DNA from: a virus
Lineage: Duplodnaviria; Caudoviricetes
IMG/VR virus record: IMGVR_UViG_3300048496_000008
Location: 1 to 39,492 of that record
Strand: one strand, 5' to 3'
DNA length: 39,492 nucleotides
The translations under genes and the position numbers were made by a program. Shown here in pieces: positions 36,331 to 39,492 of the stretch. The notes under the pieces were generated by a model. The model saw only the letters and a list, made by a program, of their open reading frames with translations, ran no database searches and was not told the origin of the DNA. Within the stretch, counting starts at the first letter, position 1. The number at the start of each line of letters is the position of its first letter.

Positions 36331-36704
36331 CACGCAGCCCTCCGCTTCCACCGCCCAAAGTCCTCATCGGGCGCCTGATCCGGGATCTCCTGCGCGGCCC
36401 GTTTCATTGCGGCCTTGAGCACCCGACCCTTGAGCCGCTGTGCCTGCCTACCCTGCAGCCATCGGATCGCAGCCTTCCATCGACGGATCCGTCCGCGCAG
36501 CCACGAGACGCGCCACAAGCTGTGCCGTTTGCGATGCAGCACTCGACCGAGACGCCTGGCGAAGACCCGCACGCGCTGGCGCATGTAGATGATCAGGCCC
36601 TTGATCCCGGCGTCTGCGATCGTGCGGAGTAGCCAGCGGCCGATCCGAAGTAGGACGCGGCGAAGGCCGGGCCACATTGCGGTGAGAATTGAGGCGGTAG
36701 TCAT
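36330..36704 (-). CDS. Highly cationic amphipathic protein
   Basis: 124 aa with 26 Arg, 7 Lys and 7 Trp; ATGA-coupled to the putative terS. Confidence 0.6.
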   Translation of the reverse strand: MTTASILTAMWPGLRRVLLRIGRWLLRTIADAGIKGLIIYMRQRVRVFARRLGRVLHRKRHSLWRVSWLRGRIRRWKAAIRWLQGRQAQRLKGRVLKAAMKRAAQEIPDQAPDEDFGRWKRRAA

Positions 36705-37150
36705 TGTGTGCCTGCTTTCTTAGCCTCGATCTGGATCACCCGCGCCGGCTTGCCCCCCAGTCCATGCGCGCGAATCATCCGCACCTCTGCGTCCGTAAAC
36801 CCCCGCCGCACCGCGGGCACCTTAGCCGAAACCTGGACGCGATGCACCAGCCCGCCGTAGCTCTGTAGTAGCAGCTTGGCCGCGCCGAGTCTGACCCGGG
36901 CCGCATCGACATCGCCGATCGGCTTTCGCAGCAGTCGCCACACCTCGGCCCGTACCTCGTCGGCCCGCAGCGCTTGCAGCTCCTGGCGGTCGCTCTGATT
37001 GCTGATCGCATGCTGCACTACCTGGGACTGGATGGCCTCGACGATCTGCTCGCGATCCAGGCCGGCATGGGCCGCAGCGCTGTGACCGTCTGCTGTCTCG
37101 ACGTAGATCGCTGCGAAGCGCTCCAGGGCGAGGGTATCGATGGCACTCAC
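36701..37150 (-). CDS. Putative terminase small subunit
   Basis: GTG 37150; ERFAAIYVET.DGHSAAAHAG resembles the TerS HTH; RLGAAKLL; C-terminal GFT.AEV.MIR...LG. Confidence 0.6.
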   Translation of the reverse strand: MSAIDTLALERFAAIYVETADGHSAAAHAGLDREQIVEAIQSQVVQHAISNQSDRQELQALRADEVRAEVWRLLRKPIGDVDAARVRLGAAKLLLQSYGGLVHRVQVSAKVPAVRRGFTDAEVRMIRAHGLGGKPARVIQIEAKKAGTQ

Positions 37151-37521
37151 CGCAACCCCGCCCCCTCCCCGATCCGCAGCTTGACCAGCGCAACGTCCTC
37201 GATCTGCCGCACCCGCTCCCTGGTCACGCCCATGACTGCCCCGATCTCCTCCAGGGTATGCCCGCCCGCATCGGCCACGTCCAGCGCGCAGCTCTGGGGC
37301 GGTCCGTCGCCGGGCCACATCTCGACGAGGGATCCCGACTCGCTCACCTCCCACCCGAGGTGATAGCGGCAGCCGATCCAGGGGCATGGGCGGGGGCCGT
37401 CGATGCAGTCCGATCGGTATCGAGGCTGGCTGACCCGCTCGGGGAATAGCAACCGGCCGATCTTGATCTCGACGCCGCTGAAGCGGGCGCCGTAGTTCTT
37501 GGCGCGGCGGCGGCCTTTCAT
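37147..37521 (-). CDS. Zn-binding sigma70 region-4-like HTH protein
   Basis: RSDCIDGPRPCPWIGCRYHL...SCALDVAD.GG.TLEEIG..MGVTRERVRQIE..AL.KLR. Confidence 0.85.
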   Translation of the reverse strand: MKGRRRAKNYGARFSGVEIKIGRLLFPERVSQPRYRSDCIDGPRPCPWIGCRYHLGWEVSESGSLVEMWPGDGPPQSCALDVADAGGHTLEEIGAVMGVTRERVRQIEDVALVKLRIGEGAGLR

Positions 37522-37700
37522 GCGGCCAGCCTTGCGTAGAACCGAACTGTGCGCCGATCGGTGTAGTACCCCACCACCGCCTTACCCGTATGCGCAAGCC
37601 GTCGCACGCCCGCTCTGTGGCGTCGTGGTATCGGCTGCTGCTGGGGGGTGAGCCAGTCCAGGGCAGCCTGTTCGAGTCGTTTGGCTTTGCTAGTTTTCAC
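37518..37700 (-). CDS. Hypothetical basic protein (60 aa)
   Basis: GTG start; ATGA overlap with the downstream gene. Confidence 0.45.
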   Translation of the reverse strand: MKTSKAKRLEQAALDWLTPQQQPIPRRHRAGVRRLAHTGKAVVGYYTDRRTVRFYARLAA

Positions 37701-37787
37701 CCCACACCCCTACACGAAACGGGGACCCGGCACCGCTGTGCTTGCGACACGCACCACGTTTGAAGGATGGCCGACACCGGACCCCGG

Positions 37788-38189
37788 TTAATCCTGGGGG
37801 CCATAGCCGAGTGAGCGCAACCGTTCGATTGCGTCCTCCGCACCGCGCGCGACCATGCACCACCAGCCTAGGGCTCCCAGATCGGCCAGCCACGATCGTT
37901 GCGGAACGGTCATGGTGCCACCAGCGCGCCGCTTCATTTCGATCGCAACGCCATTGATCTGTGTCCACAGCAAAGGCGGACTAGAAAAGATCAAGTAATC
38001 CGGCACCCCCGCCTTCGCTCCCATCCGCTTCAGTTTGGCTGCACTTTTACGATCACGCAGTCCGCCCATGGGCACGTGGGTGTACACGATGCCGTGCCGG
38101 TCGAGCCACTGCGCGAGAGCCACGCACTCCTGATACTCGGAGGGGACCGGGGTTGCTTTGGACGGATTCGCCTCGGTTTCGGTGGTCAT
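37788..38189 (-). CDS. VRR-NUC family nuclease
   Basis: SEYQE, HVP.GG.R....A.KLKRMG.KAGVPD, IEMKR..GG.....Q..W...L. Confidence 0.9.
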   Translation of the reverse strand: MTTETEANPSKATPVPSEYQECVALAQWLDRHGIVYTHVPMGGLRDRKSAAKLKRMGAKAGVPDYLIFSSPPLLWTQINGVAIEMKRRAGGTMTVPQRSWLADLGALGWWCMVARGAEDAIERLRSLGYGPQD

Positions 38190-38225
38190 TATCGCGCGCC
38201 TTTCTTCGGGGGGCACTATTTTGCG

Positions 38226-38520
38226 CTAGAGGGATGTAGGGCTCTTAGGGATCTGGCCCCTACTCCTCTAGGGTAAAAATATTTTGCTTCAACCAGCACC
38301 CATAACATCCCTTACAGGTCCTAAGTCATACCGCTTTGTTAGCAATCGGAGCTTTACCACCCCGGTATTCCGGTATACTCTCCTGATTCACAACAGCCCA
38401 ATAGGAAACGTTCCCTTTTCTAATGGCGTCGATCGATCTACCACCTACCCATCTGCGCCTATAACCTCTGAGCCTATTCCCAATAGACCGCGCCTCTAAC
38501 CTACAGCCTATAGCTGCCAG
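38226..38520. other. Candidate replication origin (AT-richer, TAGG/CCTA motif cluster)
   Basis: Imperfect inverted repeat 38226-38271, AAAAATATTTT tract, repeated CCTA motifs running into the helicase 3' end. Confidence 0.4.
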
Positions 38521-39492
38521 TCCTTCTCTCAGCGCTTCGTAACCGCCCGTCTCGCTCGTAAGCTCCACGGCGATCCGTCGCGAGGTGACCCCCCGCAGTC
38601 CGTCCCTTAGCTCCTCGCCCTTGGCGCTGCACATCATGCCGAGGCCCTCGATAATTCCCGGAAGGGCGTTCGCATCGGAGTCAGCCAGCTCGCGGAGCTG
38701 CAAGCGGGTCTCGCCGGGATCCTCCAACCCGACCCATACCAGCGCCTGGCGGACCAGATCGGACCAGGGCCCATAGCTGCCCCACGGTCTCAAGCCCTGA
38801 TCGGGGCTGCCGGCCATACGGAAGGCTCGCAGGATCCGTACGGCCTGGACGACCAGGGTGGACCGGTTGCGCTGGACCCAGCGGATCAGGTTGGGCTGCT
38901 CGAAATCGCGGCGGTCCTCGGGGTGCTGTAGTGGACTCTCTAGGCGGACGTGGAGGCACCGGCGGGACGTATCGCCGCGCAATTGTACGTTATTCCCCGT
39001 GGCATACCAGCACGTCCGTAGCGGCAGTGCCGGCCGGACGTTGCTACCCAGGATCCGCTCGGCCCAGATCGTCGAGGTGAGGGCCGCATCGAGCGCGCCG
39101 GATCCCAGCGGCCGGGTCAGGTTGTCGATCAGGACCATCGGATCGCCCTGTAGCGCGATCGACGTGATCCGCTTGCGCTCCTCGTCCTCGTCGCGGGCCT
39201 GGGACATACGGGCCATCTCGTGGCCTGAGACCAGCGCAGCGGTGACATCGGTTAGCAGGCCCTTCCCACTGCCGCGGGTATTGGCGTCGAACAGGACCAG
39301 CGGTGAGGGCCCGTGGAAGGCATTACGAGCCAGGGGGGTCAGGACACCGGCCAGCCAGGCCGATCCATGGACGGGCGAGGCGAACGGGAAATCCTTCGTG
39401 ATCATAAGCAGCTCCAGGGCCGCGGCTCGCGCGTCGTCGAGCGTGGGATCTCCCACCGGCGGGTACTTCGCGCTGGGCCGGTAGACAATCGC
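38326..39492 (-). CDS. C-terminal part of primase-associated-type P-loop helicase (partial; joins 1-664)
   Basis: Frame open from 39492 (AIVYRPSAKYPP...); DFPF, PLVLFDANTRGSGKGLL (Walker A), VLIDN, RILG, ATGNN, GDTSRR. Confidence 0.88.
   Translation of the reverse strand, partial: AIVYRPSAKYPPVGDPTLDDARAAALELLMITKDFPFASPVHGSAWLAGVLTPLARNAFHGPSPLVLFDANTRGSGKGLLTDVTAALVSGHEMARMSQARDEDEERKRITSIALQGDPMVLIDNLTRPLGSGALDAALTSTIWAERILGSNVRPALPLRTCWYATGNNVQLRGDTSRRCLHVRLESPLQHPEDRRDFEQPNLIRWVQRNRSTLVVQAVRILRAFRMAGSPDQGLRPWGSYGPWSDLVRQALVWVGLEDPGETRLQLRELADSDANALPGIIEGLGMMCSAKGEELRDGLRGVTSRRIAVELTSETGGYEALREGLAAIGCRLEARSIGNRLRGYRRRWVGGRSIDAIRKGNVSYWAVVNQESIPEYRGGKAPIANKAV

Noticed and set aside
1-39492. 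Cyanobacterial HIP1 (GCGATCGC) as the cause of the GATC excess
   Set aside because: The octamer occurs but is a small minority; all GATC flanks are used
1-39492. Stop-codon reassignment suggested by frequent TAG/CTAG
   Set aside because: Conserved genes are full length in the standard code and several end at TAG
1-39492. tRNA, rRNA or other structured RNA genes
   Set aside because: Intergenic gaps are short and I saw no cloverleaf or T-loop signature; a covariance search was not run

Overview
The window is an almost complete, circularly permuted or terminally redundant genome of a ~39.5 kb high-GC (about 63-65% by eye) contractile-tailed phage. One P-loop replication gene is split across the two ends with a short gap (3n+2 nt). 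The minus strand from 11.9 to 37.2 kb carries a full Mu-like morphogenesis module: terminase, portal, gpF, protease/scaffold, capsid, neck, sheath, tube, tail chaperone with a -1 frameshift, tape measure, gpN, gp44-48 and two fibres. I find no transposase, MuB, integrase or Par gene. The early region instead encodes a YqaJ exonuclease, a Gp3/RDF-like protein, an SF2 helicase, a P-loop helicase with no evident primase domain, VRR-NUC, an HNH nuclease, a beta-class DNA methyltransferase, a secreted lytic transglycosylase, and XRE and RHH regulators around a divergent promoter. Other notable points: strong GATC over-representation, lysis genes scattered through the structural operon, a possibly chimeric small terminase, a Zn/sigma-region-4 protein that hints at a Myxococcota host, and a candidate origin at the 3' end of the helicase gene. 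All calls come from motif recognition and synteny; no database searches were run.
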